A stretch of 64,000 nucleotides of DNA from an uncultured Thermoplasmata archaeon (GTDB lineage Archaea; Thermoplasmatota; Thermoplasmata; RBG-16-68-12), in contig CAVYJM010000010.1 of the NCBI GenBank assembly GCA_963768855.1, positions 128,001 to 192,000 on the forward strand, in the 5' to 3' direction. The notes under the pieces are model-generated. The model ran no database searches, was not told where the DNA came from, and saw only the letters and a program-made list of their open reading frames with translations. Each line of letters starts with the position of its first letter. The stretch's first letter is position 1. Of the stretch, positions 39,687 to 49,391 are shown one piece after another. A program made the position numbers and the translations under genes.

Positions 39687-41906
39687 GTGCCCGAAAGGGT
39701 CGTTCTCAAGGTTGCGGAAGCGCCCCAGAGTGACGTCGGCCTGGGTCGAGCCCGGGTCGACACGAAGACGCGCTTGGCGCTCGGCGTCGACGTGGGCGAG
39801 ATCATCCAGATCATTGGGAAGAAGTCCACTGCGGCCAAACTCTTCCGCGTCATGCAGGAGGACGAGGGCAAGGGCATGATCCGCATCGACGGCCTGGTCC
39901 GCCGCAACGTCGGCGTGAGCCTGGGCGACAAGGTCGAGGTCCGGAAGGCGGAGGTCCTCCAGGCCGAGCGGGTGACGATCGCCCCCATCATCAGCGAGGG
40001 CCACAAAATCTCCTTCGGGCAGGGCATCGAGAACTTCGTGAAGCGCGGGCTGCTGAAGCGGCCGCTGAACAAGGGCGACGTCGTCATCGTCCCCGGAATC
40101 GCCCTGATGGGCGGCGCGCTCCCGTTCATGGTCATCAACACGGCGCCCAAGGGCGTCGTCCAGATCAACGACGACACGATCGTCGAGATGAAGGAGGAGC
40201 CGGTCCGCGAGGGCGAGGTCCTCACGCCGACCGTGACCTACGAGGACATCGGAGGCCTGAAAGAGGAGCTCATGAAGGTCCGCGAGATGATCGAGCTCCC
40301 GCTGAAGCACGCGGAGCTGTTCGAGCGCCTCGGGATCGACCCGCCGAAGGGGGTCCTCCTATACGGTCCTCCAGGCACCGGCAAGACCCTGATCGCGAAG
40401 GCGGTGGCCAACGAGGCTGGCGCCAACTTCTACTCGATCCAGGGCCCGGAGATCATGTCCAAGTACTACGGGCAGTCGGAGGAGCGCCTCCGCGAGAAGT
40501 TCGAGGAGGCCCAGAAGAACTCGCCCTCCGTGCTCTTCATCGACGAGCTCGACTCGATCGCCCCGAAGCGGGAGGAGGTCACCGGCGAGGTCGAGCGGCG
40601 CGTCGTGGCGCAGCTCCTGACCCTCATGGACGGCCTCTCCGGACGCGGGCAGGTCATCGTCATCGGCGCGACGAACCGGGACGAGGCTATCGACCCGGCG
40701 CTCCGCCGCCCCGGGCGCTTCGACCGCGAAATCGAGATCGGGGTCCCGGACCGCGACGGCCGCAAGGAGGTCCTCCAGATCCACACGCGGGGCATGCCTA
40801 TTGAGGGAGCCGAGGAAGAGCGGGACCACCTGCTCAGCGAGCTCTCCGACGTCACCCACGGGTTCGTCGGCGCCGACCTCGCGGCCCTCGCGCGGGAGGC
40901 GGCCATGAAGACGCTCCGCCGCTACCTGCCGGACATCGACCTCGAGAAGCCCATCCCCGCCGAGACCCTCGAGAAGATGCGCGTCCTCCCGGAGGACTTC
41001 AAGAACGCCCTCAAGGAGGTCGAGCCGAGCGCGATGCGCGAGGTCCTCGTGGAGATCCCCAAGATCTCCTGGGGCGACGTTGGCGGACTTGGGGACGTGA
41101 AGATGAAGCTCCGCGAGGCCGTCGAGATGCCCCTCAAGGACCCCGACGCGTTCAAGCGCATGGGGATCAAGCCGCCGCGCGGCATCCTGTTGTACGGCCC
41201 GCCGGGCTCGGGGAAGACCCTGCTCGCCAAGGCCGTGGCCAACGAGTCCGAGGCCAACTTCATCTCGATCAAAGGCCCCGAGGTCATGTCGAAGTGGGTC
41301 GGCGAGTCGGAGAAGGCCGTCCGGACGATCTTCAAGAAGGCGAAGCAGGTCGCCCCGTGCATCGTCTTCCTCGACGAGCTCGATGCGATCGCGCACCGCC
41401 GCGGGTTCGACAACGACTCCGGCGTGAGCGAGCGCGTCGTGAACCAGCTCCTGACGTCGATGGACGGCCTCGAGACCCTCGAAGGCGTCGTGGTGATCGG
41501 CGCGACGAACCGTCCCGACATGGTCGACCCGGCGCTCCTGCGCACGGGCCGGTTCGATCGAATCCTGCTCGTCCCGGCGCCCGACAAGGCCGCCCGCCTG
41601 GAGATCCTCAAGGTCCACACGAAAAGCATGCCCCTGGAAGCCGTCGACGTCGACGAGCTCGCGGAGGAGCTCGACGGCTACACGGGCGCGGACATCGAGG
41701 GTCTCTGTCGCGAGGCCGCGATGATCGCCCTGCGGGAGAAGAAGGACGCCCGGAAGGTGTCCATGGTCCACTTCCAGGAAGCGATCAAGGTCGTGCGGCC
41801 GAGCCTGGACGAGGACACGGTCAAGTTCTACGAAAACCTCGGCAAGACGATGGAGCGCGGCACTGCGCGGCGCCAGAAGGAAGAGGTCCTCGGGTACTAT
41901 CGCTGA
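39687..41906 (+). CDS. cdc48: CDC48/VCP-family AAA+ ATPase (VAT)
   Basis: Two AAA modules: GPPGTGKT and [19 protein letters not shown]. Confidence 0.97.
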   Translation: MPERVVLKVAEAPQSDVGLGRARVDTKTRLALGVDVGEIIQIIGKKSTAAKLFRVMQEDEGKGMIRIDGLVRRNVGVSLGDKVEVRKAEVLQAERVTIAPIISEGHKISFGQGIENFVKRGLLKRPLNKGDVVIVPGIALMGGALPFMVINTAPKGVVQINDDTIVEMKEEPVREGEVLTPTVTYEDIGGLKEELMKVREMIELPLKHAELFERLGIDPPKGVLLYGPPGTGKTLIAKAVANEAGANFYSIQGPEIMSKYYGQSEERLREKFEEAQKNSPSVLFIDELDSIAPKREEVTGEVERRVVAQLLTLMDGLSGRGQVIVIGATNRDEAIDPALRRPGRFDREIEIGVPDRDGRKEVLQIHTRGMPIEGAEEERDHLLSELSDVTHGFVGADLAALAREAAMKTLRRYLPDIDLEKPIPAETLEKMRVLPEDFKNALKEVEPSAMREVLVEIPKISWGDVGGLGDVKMKLREAVEMPLKDPDAFKRMGIKPPRGILLYGPPGSGKTLLAKAVANESEANFISIKGPEVMSKWVGESEKAVRTIFKKAKQVAPCIVFLDELDAIAHRRGFDNDSGVSERVVNQLLTSMDGLETLEGVVVIGATNRPDMVDPALLRTGRFDRILLVPAPDKAARLEILKVHTKSMPLEAVDVDELAEELDGYTGADIEGLCREAAMIALREKKDARKVSMVHFQEAIKVVRPSLDEDTVKFYENLGKTMERGTARRQKEEVLGYYR

Positions 41907-41966
41907 GATCCGCGGCGTAAACGCGAGGTCGCACCTTTTTTATCCGCTCCGCGCCTTCCCGGAGAC

Positions 41967-42626
41967 ATGTCAGCGGTAAAGTCGGTCAGGACCTACGTCA
42001 ATCGGTTCCTGGGGCTCGGGTGGGCCCGGGTCTTCCTCGTCCTCGGAATCATCTTCGTCATTCTGACTTTGGTGAGCCCCCTTTGGGCGGTAACCGATAA
42101 CGGAGCCCCCGGCGAATATGACACAACGACCTACGGATGGACCTCCGTCACCGTCACCACATACCATGGCGGCGTGTGGGAATCCACCGCCACTCTCTCC
42201 TACAACGCGCGCGGCTTCGATGCCCATACGATTGCGAATGCCCTTGGCACTTCCTACGTTCTGTCGATTGTCCTCCTGATTGTCTTCTTTGCGGCGGTCG
42301 CGCTTTACTCCCTTGAGTCGGTGCATCGTCTCCCGGGCCTTGGGCTCCTCATCCTTGGTCTGATCGTCGTGGTCTTCGCCTTCGTCGCCCTTCTATATCC
42401 AGTCCTGACGGTCCCGTCGGCGGCAGCAGCCGATGTCCGCAACGCCGCGATCACGGGATACTGGGGTTCCGCAGGATCGCTCTCCTGGGGCGCCGCCCTC
42501 GGATGGTGGTTCCTCCTCATCGGTGTCATCCTGGGGATCGTCGGGGGCGTCTGGCCCTTCCTGAAGAGTATGCGGCAGCCCATGGTCCGCGCCCCGCCGC
42601 CCCGCGAGTGGCAGGTCGAGCGCTGA
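41967..42626 (+). CDS. Hypothetical membrane protein
   Basis: About four hydrophobic segments; TTTATC 28 nt upstream; more A/T-ending codons than its neighbours. Confidence 0.75.
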   Translation: MSAVKSVRTYVNRFLGLGWARVFLVLGIIFVILTLVSPLWAVTDNGAPGEYDTTTYGWTSVTVTTYHGGVWESTATLSYNARGFDAHTIANALGTSYVLSIVLLIVFFAAVALYSLESVHRLPGLGLLILGLIVVVFAFVALLYPVLTVPSAAAADVRNAAITGYWGSAGSLSWGAALGWWFLLIGVILGIVGGVWPFLKSMRQPMVRAPPPREWQVER

Positions 42627-42748
42627 CGTCCATCCGGTCGGCCGTTGACGGAAGCCTCATATAGGTCGCGTCAGATGTATGTCAGACAAAGGGATGGGAT
42701 TCCGACGCGGCGGGGCCGCGGAGGGCCCTCACCGATGCGGGTGATGGG

Positions 42749-42985
42749 ATGAAGAAATTCGCCACCGAGCTCCGGGGGAAGACCGTCATGACGAATGATG
42801 GCCAGATCCTCGGCACGATCGACAATTTCATCGTGAACACGAAGAGCGGAAAGCTGTCCGACGTGCTCGTCGCGCCGGCCGAAAACGTGGGCGGAAAGGA
42901 GTTCAAGACGGACCCCGAGGGCCGGTTCATCCTGCCCTTCAAGGGAATGCGGTCCGTCAAAGACGTCGTCGTGATGACGCTCTAG
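42749..42985 (+). CDS. PRC-barrel domain protein (CdpB-like)
   Basis: LRGKTVMTNDGQILG, KSGKL, SVKDVVV; SD GGTGA. Confidence 0.85.
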   Translation: MKKFATELRGKTVMTNDGQILGTIDNFIVNTKSGKLSDVLVAPAENVGGKEFKTDPEGRFILPFKGMRSVKDVVVMTL

Positions 42986-43155
42986 GCGCTCCCCGTCGCC
43001 TTCCGCCCCGAGAGCACCGCCAGCGCGCGCTTCATCGCCTCCGGCTCCTCGAGCAGAGCCTCGAGGACTGCCTCGATCAGCGCCTCGGTCGACCAGATCT
43101 CAATAATGAGGTCGGGGTCCCGGTGAAGGGACCACTCGACCTTGGGCGGATTCAC
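42982..43155 (-). CDS. Small hypothetical protein, 57 aa, last gene of the flotillin operon
   Basis: Not in track. GTG 4 nt after the flotillin stop, GAGG SD; MNPPKVEWSLHRDPDLIIEIWSTEALIEAVLEALLEE...; CTAG stop overlap with the PRC gene. Confidence 0.6.
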   Translation of the reverse strand: MNPPKVEWSLHRDPDLIIEIWSTEALIEAVLEALLEEPEAMKRALAVLSGRKATGSA

Positions 43156-43159
43156 GCCC

Positions 43160-44644
43160 TCACTTCGTGACGTCCTTCAGCTTGCCTGCCAGCTCCGTGA
43201 GGTCCATGCCCGTGAGGGCCTTGACGAGGGCCGGCGCGGTCGCAGCGATGTCCACGACGCTCGAGACAAGCTGGGACGGTCCGCCACTGCCCATGATGAT
43301 GAGCTTCTGGGTCGTCTCGAGGGACTTCGCGGCGTTCGCGACGATCTCCGGGAGCTTCTCCACGATGAGCTGCGTGACGGCGGCCTTGCCGTACTTCTCC
43401 CAGGCCTCGGCCTTGGCCTGCATCGCGACGGCCTCGGCGAGCCCGGTGGCCTTGATCGCGTAGGCCTGGGCTTCACCTTTCAACCGGATGATGTCCGCCT
43501 CTGCGGTCCCTTCCTGCCGGATCCGCTCCGCCTCACCCATCGCGGTCCGGGCGAGGCGCTCGCGCTCGCCCTCCGCGACGAGGATCGCGCGTTCCTTCTC
43601 GCCTTCCGCGGTGATAATGAGCTTCCGCTTCTCGCCGTCCGCATTGGCTGCAACGGCGTCCGCGGCCGCCCGGGCCGGCACGACCTGGGCGGCGATCTGC
43701 TCCTGCTCACGGCGCTTGACTTCCTGCTCCTGGACGAGGACCTCCTGCTCCTTCGCGCGGATGTCGATCTTCCGCTGCTCGACAATGAGCTCCTGGTCCC
43801 GCTTCGCGGTCTGGAGCTGGAAGGCGATTTCCTTGTTCGCCCGCTCGAGCTCGACCGTGGCCTCGGACTGCTGCTTGATCACGTCCCGGTCTCGGTGGAA
43901 CTGGGCGACGTTGGCCTCGGCTTGGGCGTTCGCCCTCTCGGCTTCTTGGGCCGCGGTTGCCTCGGCGACGGTCGCTTCGCGGTTGGCGTTCGCCTTGCCG
44001 ACGCGAGCGTCCCGCTTGACTTCCTCCGTCCGCTTGACGCCGAGGGCGGTCAAGTAGCCCTGCGCGTCCTCGATTTCCTTGATCACGAACGAACGGATCT
44101 CGATGCCCATGTTCCGCAGGTCGTTCCCAGCCATCCCGAGGATCTTGGACGCGATCGCGTCCCGGTCCGAGTTGACCTCTTCGACGGTGAGGGTGGCGCA
44201 CACGCCACGGACGTGGCCCTCGAGGGTCTTCAGGGCGATCTCGTCGACCTGCTGCTCCGTCTTGCCGAGGAGGTTCTCTGCGGCGGTGTTGAGAGTGGCC
44301 TCGTCCGAGGAGATTTTCACCTGGGCGACCGCTTTGATGTTGATCCGCGCGCCGGACCGCTTGACGTCCGTCACGATCTCCGCGACGATCAGGTCCAGGG
44401 TGCGCACGTCGAGGCGCAGCCACTCGATCGACTCGACGATTGGGTAGATGAGTTTCGCGCCCCCCGAGAGCACCTGGTATCCGCGTCCTCCCTGGCCCCT
44501 CTGCTTCCTCCCGTAGACGACCATCGCCATGTTCGGTGGCACTTTCTTGTAGCGGCTCGCGTACAGCAGGATGGCCGCAAACACGACAATTACGATCCCC
44601 AAGATGACAAAGCTCAGTATCTCTTCGCCCGCCACAACCATCAC
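43160..44644 (-). CDS. Flotillin (SPFH) family protein
   Basis: N-terminal TM, SPFH core (TLEGHVRGV, DLRNMGIEI), AEA-rich coiled coil; start could be 44635. Confidence 0.93.
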   Translation of the reverse strand: MMVVAGEEILSFVILGIVIVVFAAILLYASRYKKVPPNMAMVVYGRKQRGQGGRGYQVLSGGAKLIYPIVESIEWLRLDVRTLDLIVAEIVTDVKRSGARINIKAVAQVKISSDEATLNTAAENLLGKTEQQVDEIALKTLEGHVRGVCATLTVEEVNSDRDAIASKILGMAGNDLRNMGIEIRSFVIKEIEDAQGYLTALGVKRTEEVKRDARVGKANANREATVAEATAAQEAERANAQAEANVAQFHRDRDVIKQQSEATVELERANKEIAFQLQTAKRDQELIVEQRKIDIRAKEQEVLVQEQEVKRREQEQIAAQVVPARAAADAVAANADGEKRKLIITAEGEKERAILVAEGERERLARTAMGEAERIRQEGTAEADIIRLKGEAQAYAIKATGLAEAVAMQAKAEAWEKYGKAAVTQLIVEKLPEIVANAAKSLETTQKLIIMGSGGPSQLVSSVVDIAATAPALVKALTGMDLTELAGKLKDVTK

Positions 44645-44653
44645 CTCTCCGTG

Positions 44654-45190
44654 TCACACCTTGTGTACCTTTACCGAGTTCCCAACGACGCTATCCACGA
44701 CCACGTGCTCGTCCGTGGTAATTTCCGTGTCCGCGATGGCCTGCAGGAGGGTCCGTCCGCGGGCTTCCGTGACCACGACGACTTGTCCGGGCTGGCCCGG
44801 GCGGATCGGGACGAGGACTTGGCCCTTGTAGCCCACGATGGCCGCAAGGTCGACCTTCGTCTCCGCCTGGGTCTTCACGAACACGTTGAGCATCAGGACG
44901 TACATGCCCGCGCCGACGAGGCCGGCGCACGCGGCGGCCAGGAGCGGCGTCAGCACGGGGCCGTAGTTGAGGAACTCGAAGATTGTTCCGAACCCGCCGA
45001 AGGCGGCGCCGAAGGAAGAGATGATCGGCAGGCTCAGGGGGCTCACGCCGCCGTCGATGTCGCCCCCAACGCCAATGTCGTGGTCGAAATCGATACCACC
45101 GATGTCGCCCAGGGCCATGACCAGGAACAGCAGCAAAATGAACGCGATCATGATCCAAGTGTACGGGCTCAAACCAAGCAACCAAGCCAT
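44654..45190 (-). CDS. NfeD-like (YuaF-type) membrane protein
   Basis: TM segments plus OB fold GQVLVPIRPGQPGQV..VDSVVGNSVKV; 9 nt before flotillin. Confidence 0.88.
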   Translation of the reverse strand: MAWLLGLSPYTWIMIAFILLLFLVMALGDIGGIDFDHDIGVGGDIDGGVSPLSLPIISSFGAAFGGFGTIFEFLNYGPVLTPLLAAACAGLVGAGMYVLMLNVFVKTQAETKVDLAAIVGYKGQVLVPIRPGQPGQVVVVTEARGRTLLQAIADTEITTDEHVVVDSVVGNSVKVHKV

Positions 45191-45194
45191 GCTC

Positions 45195-45713
45195 TCAACG
45201 CTCCTCGGAGCGCCGCCACTCTCGCGTGGCGGGCTCCGTCCTCTTCTTGGGCAGCTTCACGACCTCTGCGACGCCCTTCGCCTGCGCGCCGCAGTTCCAG
45301 CAGAAGGTATCGCCTGTGTGCAGCTGGACGCCGCAGTACGCGCAGTAGAGGATGCCCGGCTTCGCAGGTGGCGCGGGCCGCTTCGGTGCGGCCGCAGGGG
45401 TCTTTACCGCAGGAGGCCGCCTTCCGGGCGGGGCGGCCGGAGGCTTCGGCGGAGGAGGCGTCGGCGGGCCCTCGAAGACGGTCCCGCATTCGTTGCAGTT
45501 CGTGGCGTCGGGCGCGACGAGGGCGCCGCAGATCGGGCAGATGTAGCCTCGGAACACGACCCCCCGCTGTCCGAATCCCAGGTCGCGGTTGGGCTGGAAC
45601 TCGAGTTCCCGCGAGAACAGGAAGTCCAGCGGCCGACTTGAGTCGAACGTCAGCGGTCGACCGGGCTCGAATTCGAGCTTGCGGTTCGGGTCGAAGTTTA
45701 GGTACCCCGCCAT
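45195..45713 (-). CDS. Octapeptide-repeat, double zinc-ribbon protein
   Basis: Six LxFxxxRx repeats; CPIC..CNEC; Pro-rich linker; CAYC..CWNC. Confidence 0.8.
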   Translation of the reverse strand: MAGYLNFDPNRKLEFEPGRPLTFDSSRPLDFLFSRELEFQPNRDLGFGQRGVVFRGYICPICGALVAPDATNCNECGTVFEGPPTPPPPKPPAAPPGRRPPAVKTPAAAPKRPAPPAKPGILYCAYCGVQLHTGDTFCWNCGAQAKGVAEVVKLPKKRTEPATREWRRSEER

Positions 45714-45790
45714 GTCCCTCCACTCCAGTGGGCACTATGGGGGGTCTTGGCATGATATAGATTGTGTAGGAACTCCCCATATTCCGACAC

Positions 45791-46249
45791 TCAGGGGAGG
45801 ACCCGGCGCTCCTCCTTCACGACGTTGAGGACGACCTGGGTGTACGTGTTCTCGACGTATTCCATGGACCCCAGGTGTTTGATGAATCCGTCGAGCTCCC
45901 GGGTGCTCTTCAGCCGCACGACGAGGATCGAATCCCATTCGCCCGTGACGTCGAAGACGTGCGTCACGTGGTCGTCCTTCGCGATCCGCCGCTGGACCTC
46001 GAGGAGCCGGCCCTTGTGGATCTTGACACCCACGACGGCCAGCACGTCGAACCCGATCTTCGATTCGTCGATGAGCGGGGCGTAGCCCGTGATGACCCCT
46101 TCCGACTCGAGCTTCCGGATGCGGTTGGAGACCGTGCTGATGCTCGCGTCGACCTCCTTCGCGATGTCCCGGTAGGACTTCCGGGCGTCCTGGTTCAGCA
46201 GGGCCACGATTCGCAAATCGAGCTCGTCGAGTTTCACCATCGGAGTCAT
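45791..46249 (-). CDS. Lrp/AsnC family transcriptional regulator
   Basis: LDELDLRIVALLNQDARKSY, RIRKLESEGVI, VTGEWD. Confidence 0.94.
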   Translation of the reverse strand: MTPMVKLDELDLRIVALLNQDARKSYRDIAKEVDASISTVSNRIRKLESEGVITGYAPLIDESKIGFDVLAVVGVKIHKGRLLEVQRRIAKDDHVTHVFDVTGEWDSILVVRLKSTRELDGFIKHLGSMEYVENTYTQVVLNVVKEERRVLP

Positions 46250-46375
46250 GGGGTTCACCTGGGGAACGGCACTCCGAGCATGACGGTTCCGGTGCCGTTC
46301 GAATGCTCGAAATCGGAGGCGGGGCTGAGGTCTGGATGCGACATTGTCTGATGAATCGACATGGGAGCGTTCAAA

Positions 46376-46384
46376 TGTCCGACA
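46376..46384. promoter_or_regulatory. Palindrome TGTC-C-GACA upstream of the glnA TATA box (TTTAAG 46399)
   Basis: Same motif at 24049-24057 and 42680-42688. Confidence 0.4.
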
Positions 46385-46490
46385 ATACAACATATCCATT
46401 TAAGTATGTATCACTTGCTTCGATGGGACCGGCAGGACGGAGCTTTTCGCCCGGCCTAAACCCCTCACGGGGTTCCGAGGGAGGAAGCGG

Positions 46491-47945
46491 ATGGCGGCCA
46501 AGAGAACGACCAGCGTAGAGACCGTGCTGAAACGGATGCAGGCGGAGAAAATCCGGTGGGTCGATTTGCAGTTCGTGGACGTGCTCGGCGGGCTCCAGCA
46601 TATCACGATCCCGTCCACGTCGATCGGAGCGGACGACTTCAAGCGGGGCATCGGGAAGCTCGATGGCTCCTCGATCAAGGGATTCAAGGAGATTCACGAG
46701 TCGGACATGGTCATGAAACCCGACCCGGCGACCTTCGCGATCCTTCCCTGGTACCAGGGCGAGCACCGCACCGCGCGGATGATCGTCGACGTCTACGAGG
46801 GCGGCACGTACGAGCGCTTCACCCGGGACTCGCGCTACATCGCGCAGAAGGCCGTCCAGTTCGCCAAGGACTCCGGGTACGACACGACGTACTGGGGCCC
46901 CGAGATCGAGTTCTTCGTCTTCGACGGGATCCGACTCACGCCGACCCCGGACCATGCGCGGAACCCCTGGTCCGGCGCGGGCTACGAGATCCTGAGCCGC
47001 GAGGCGCCCTGGCACGAGAACGGTGGGAAGGACTTCCCGATCCGCTTCAAGGAGGGCTACTACCCCGCCCCGCCCCTCGACAGCCTCGTCGACTTCCGGA
47101 ACGAGGCCTGCCGTGTCCTGATCGACGACTTCGGCATGACGCTGGACGCCCACCACCACGAGGTGGCCACCGCCGGCCAGTGCGAGATCGACATGCGCTA
47201 CACAGAGCTGGTCCCGCAGGCGGACAACTGCGTGACGTACCGGTACGTCATGAAGATGGTCGCCCACCAGATGGGGATGCTGGCCACCTTCATGCCCAAG
47301 CCCATCTTCGGCGACAATGCGAGCGGGATGCACGTGCACCAGAGCGTCTGGACAAAGGGCAAGAACATGATGTACGACCCGGACGACGAGTACGCGGAGA
47401 TTAGCCAGACCTGCCGCTACTACATCGGCGGCCTCATGGATCACGCGTCCTCGCTCTGTGCCTTCACGAACCCCACGACGAACTCCTACCGCCGGCTCGT
47501 GCCGGGTTACGAGGCCCCCGTGTTCATCGCGTGGTCCAAACGGAACCGCAGCGCGAACATCCGCATCCCGATGTACTATAGCGGGATCGAGGCGGCGAAG
47601 CGCCTGGAGTACCGCACCCCGGACTCGTCGTGCAACCCCTATCTCGCATTCGCGGCCTGTCTCAGCGCCGGCCTCGATGGCATCAAGCGGAAGCTGGATC
47701 CAGGCAACCCGGTCGATGAGGACCTGTACCACCTGACCTCGTCCAAGCGCAAGGCCCTCGGCGTCCGCGAGCTCCCCGGATCACTCAAGGAGTCCGTGGA
47801 ACACCTCCAGACGGACTACACGTTCCTCAAGACGGTGTTCACGCAGGACTTCCTCGAGAAGTACGAGGACCTCAAGCTCGACGAACACCTGCAGACGTCG
47901 CTTCGGCCGTCGCCGTACGAGTTCTACCGGTACATGGACGCCTGA
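46491..47945 (+). CDS. glnA: Glutamine synthetase type I
   Basis: DGSSIKGF, HHEVATAGQCE, PKPIFGDNASGMH, PGYEAP, NRSANIRIP. Confidence 0.96.
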   Translation: MAAKRTTSVETVLKRMQAEKIRWVDLQFVDVLGGLQHITIPSTSIGADDFKRGIGKLDGSSIKGFKEIHESDMVMKPDPATFAILPWYQGEHRTARMIVDVYEGGTYERFTRDSRYIAQKAVQFAKDSGYDTTYWGPEIEFFVFDGIRLTPTPDHARNPWSGAGYEILSREAPWHENGGKDFPIRFKEGYYPAPPLDSLVDFRNEACRVLIDDFGMTLDAHHHEVATAGQCEIDMRYTELVPQADNCVTYRYVMKMVAHQMGMLATFMPKPIFGDNASGMHVHQSVWTKGKNMMYDPDDEYAEISQTCRYYIGGLMDHASSLCAFTNPTTNSYRRLVPGYEAPVFIAWSKRNRSANIRIPMYYSGIEAAKRLEYRTPDSSCNPYLAFAACLSAGLDGIKRKLDPGNPVDEDLYHLTSSKRKALGVRELPGSLKESVEHLQTDYTFLKTVFTQDFLEKYEDLKLDEHLQTSLRPSPYEFYRYMDA

Positions 47946-47964
47946 GTGCTCGTCCCGAACCCAT

Positions 47965-47984
47965 CCCGGGGACGCATCCCCGGG
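47965..47984 (+). terminator. Perfect 8-bp hairpin after glnA
   Basis: CCCGGGGA-CGCA-TCCCCGGG. Confidence 0.3.
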
Positions 47985-48039
47985 CCCCTCCCCCGTTGGA
48001 AGATCGATGCGGGCCCAGGCTTGAACGCGCGAAAGGGGC

Positions 48040-49326
48040 TTGAGGATCCTTCGCGATGGTCCAACCACGCGCTACCCCTCCATCCGCCTCGCCATCGTGG
48101 CCAGCGTGGCCTACCTCGCTCTCTGGATCCTCTCCTCTCTCGTGCGGACCCTCGCCGACATCTCCGGTGCCGGGGGGTGGGTGGCCGCCCTGTCGACGAC
48201 TGGCTGGACCTTGTACCTGCCTGCCCTGGGCTTCATCGGACTCATGGTCATGGGGATGGCCCAGCAGTTCATCCCTCTCTACTCCGGGCGGGAGCTCTGG
48301 AGCGGTCGCGGGGCGTTGCTGCAAATCTCCGTGGCCGTCGCCGGCGTCGCCCTCCTCCTGATCAATCCGATCCTGGAGCCGGTGGGCCTCGCCCTGTGGT
48401 TGCTCGGCACGCTCCTGTTCCTCCTGTGGATCGTCATGACCCTTCGCTCGCCGAAGCTACCCGTGCGGCCGCAGGGGAAGCACCCCGAGTTCCACCGCAT
48501 GGACGTTCTCGGCATCCCGATGACGAGCGCGGCGGTGCTCTACCTAATCGTCGCATCGGTGGGTTTCCTCTTGGCCTCACCGTCGGAAGCGCCCCTCGTC
48601 CCTTTCGTCGCCGAGCACTGGTTCTCGTTCTTCCACCTGTACACGCTCGGCTTCATCGTCCTCATGGTCTTCGGCGTGGGCTTCCATCTCTTCCCGCGGT
48701 TCACGGACACCGTTCCGGACCTGCGATTGGCGAAAGTCATCACCGTCATGGCGGTGCTCGGACCCGCGATGGTCGCCCTGACGATGCCCTTCTTGGACAC
48801 GCCCTCCGTCGAGTTCGTCTTCGCCATCTTCGCGGTCTTCGAGGCGGTGGCCGCGTTCCTGTTTGCGCTGCTCGTCCTCGGCCTCTGGAGCCGCAGCGCC
48901 CATCGACGGCCCGCGTCGGCGTTCAACGCCGCGGCGGGCCTGTGGCTGATCCTCGGGGTCACGTTCGCGAGTCTGTTCGGCATCGCCCCGGATTCGACGC
49001 TGCAGTGGGTGCCCGCCCACGGGTGGATCAACCTCCTCGGGTTCGCGGGGTTCGAGATCTTCGGCGTGACCCACGAGGTCCTGCCGCCCTTCACCTCGAT
49101 GGGCCTCAAGGTCTCCCATCGCGTGACCCGCACGGACTTCGCGCTCGCGAACCTTGGCCTGGCGGGCGTCGTGCTCTCCGTGGCCGCGGACGTGTTCGGG
49201 TTCCCCGTGGCAGGCGATCTCCTGGCCGTCGCGGGTTTCTCGATCCTGCTCGCGATGGTCGCGCTGTACGGGTGGGGCACGTTCTACGCCTTGTTCGCCA
49301 TCGTGCATCCCCGCGCGGCGAAGTAA
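48040..49326 (+). CDS. Polytopic membrane protein, NnrS / heme-copper oxidase subunit I-like
   Basis: About 12 TM; three repeats of (H)xxxLGF-x6-G-x5/6-P. Confidence 0.7.
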   Translation: MRILRDGPTTRYPSIRLAIVASVAYLALWILSSLVRTLADISGAGGWVAALSTTGWTLYLPALGFIGLMVMGMAQQFIPLYSGRELWSGRGALLQISVAVAGVALLLINPILEPVGLALWLLGTLLFLLWIVMTLRSPKLPVRPQGKHPEFHRMDVLGIPMTSAAVLYLIVASVGFLLASPSEAPLVPFVAEHWFSFFHLYTLGFIVLMVFGVGFHLFPRFTDTVPDLRLAKVITVMAVLGPAMVALTMPFLDTPSVEFVFAIFAVFEAVAAFLFALLVLGLWSRSAHRRPASAFNAAAGLWLILGVTFASLFGIAPDSTLQWVPAHGWINLLGFAGFEIFGVTHEVLPPFTSMGLKVSHRVTRTDFALANLGLAGVVLSVAADVFGFPVAGDLLAVAGFSILLAMVALYGWGTFYALFAIVHPRAAK

Positions 49327-49391
49327 AGGCAGCTCGGGCAGAACCTTTATGGACTCGCCCCCCATCGTGCGCCCGTTCGGGGTGGGCGTTC

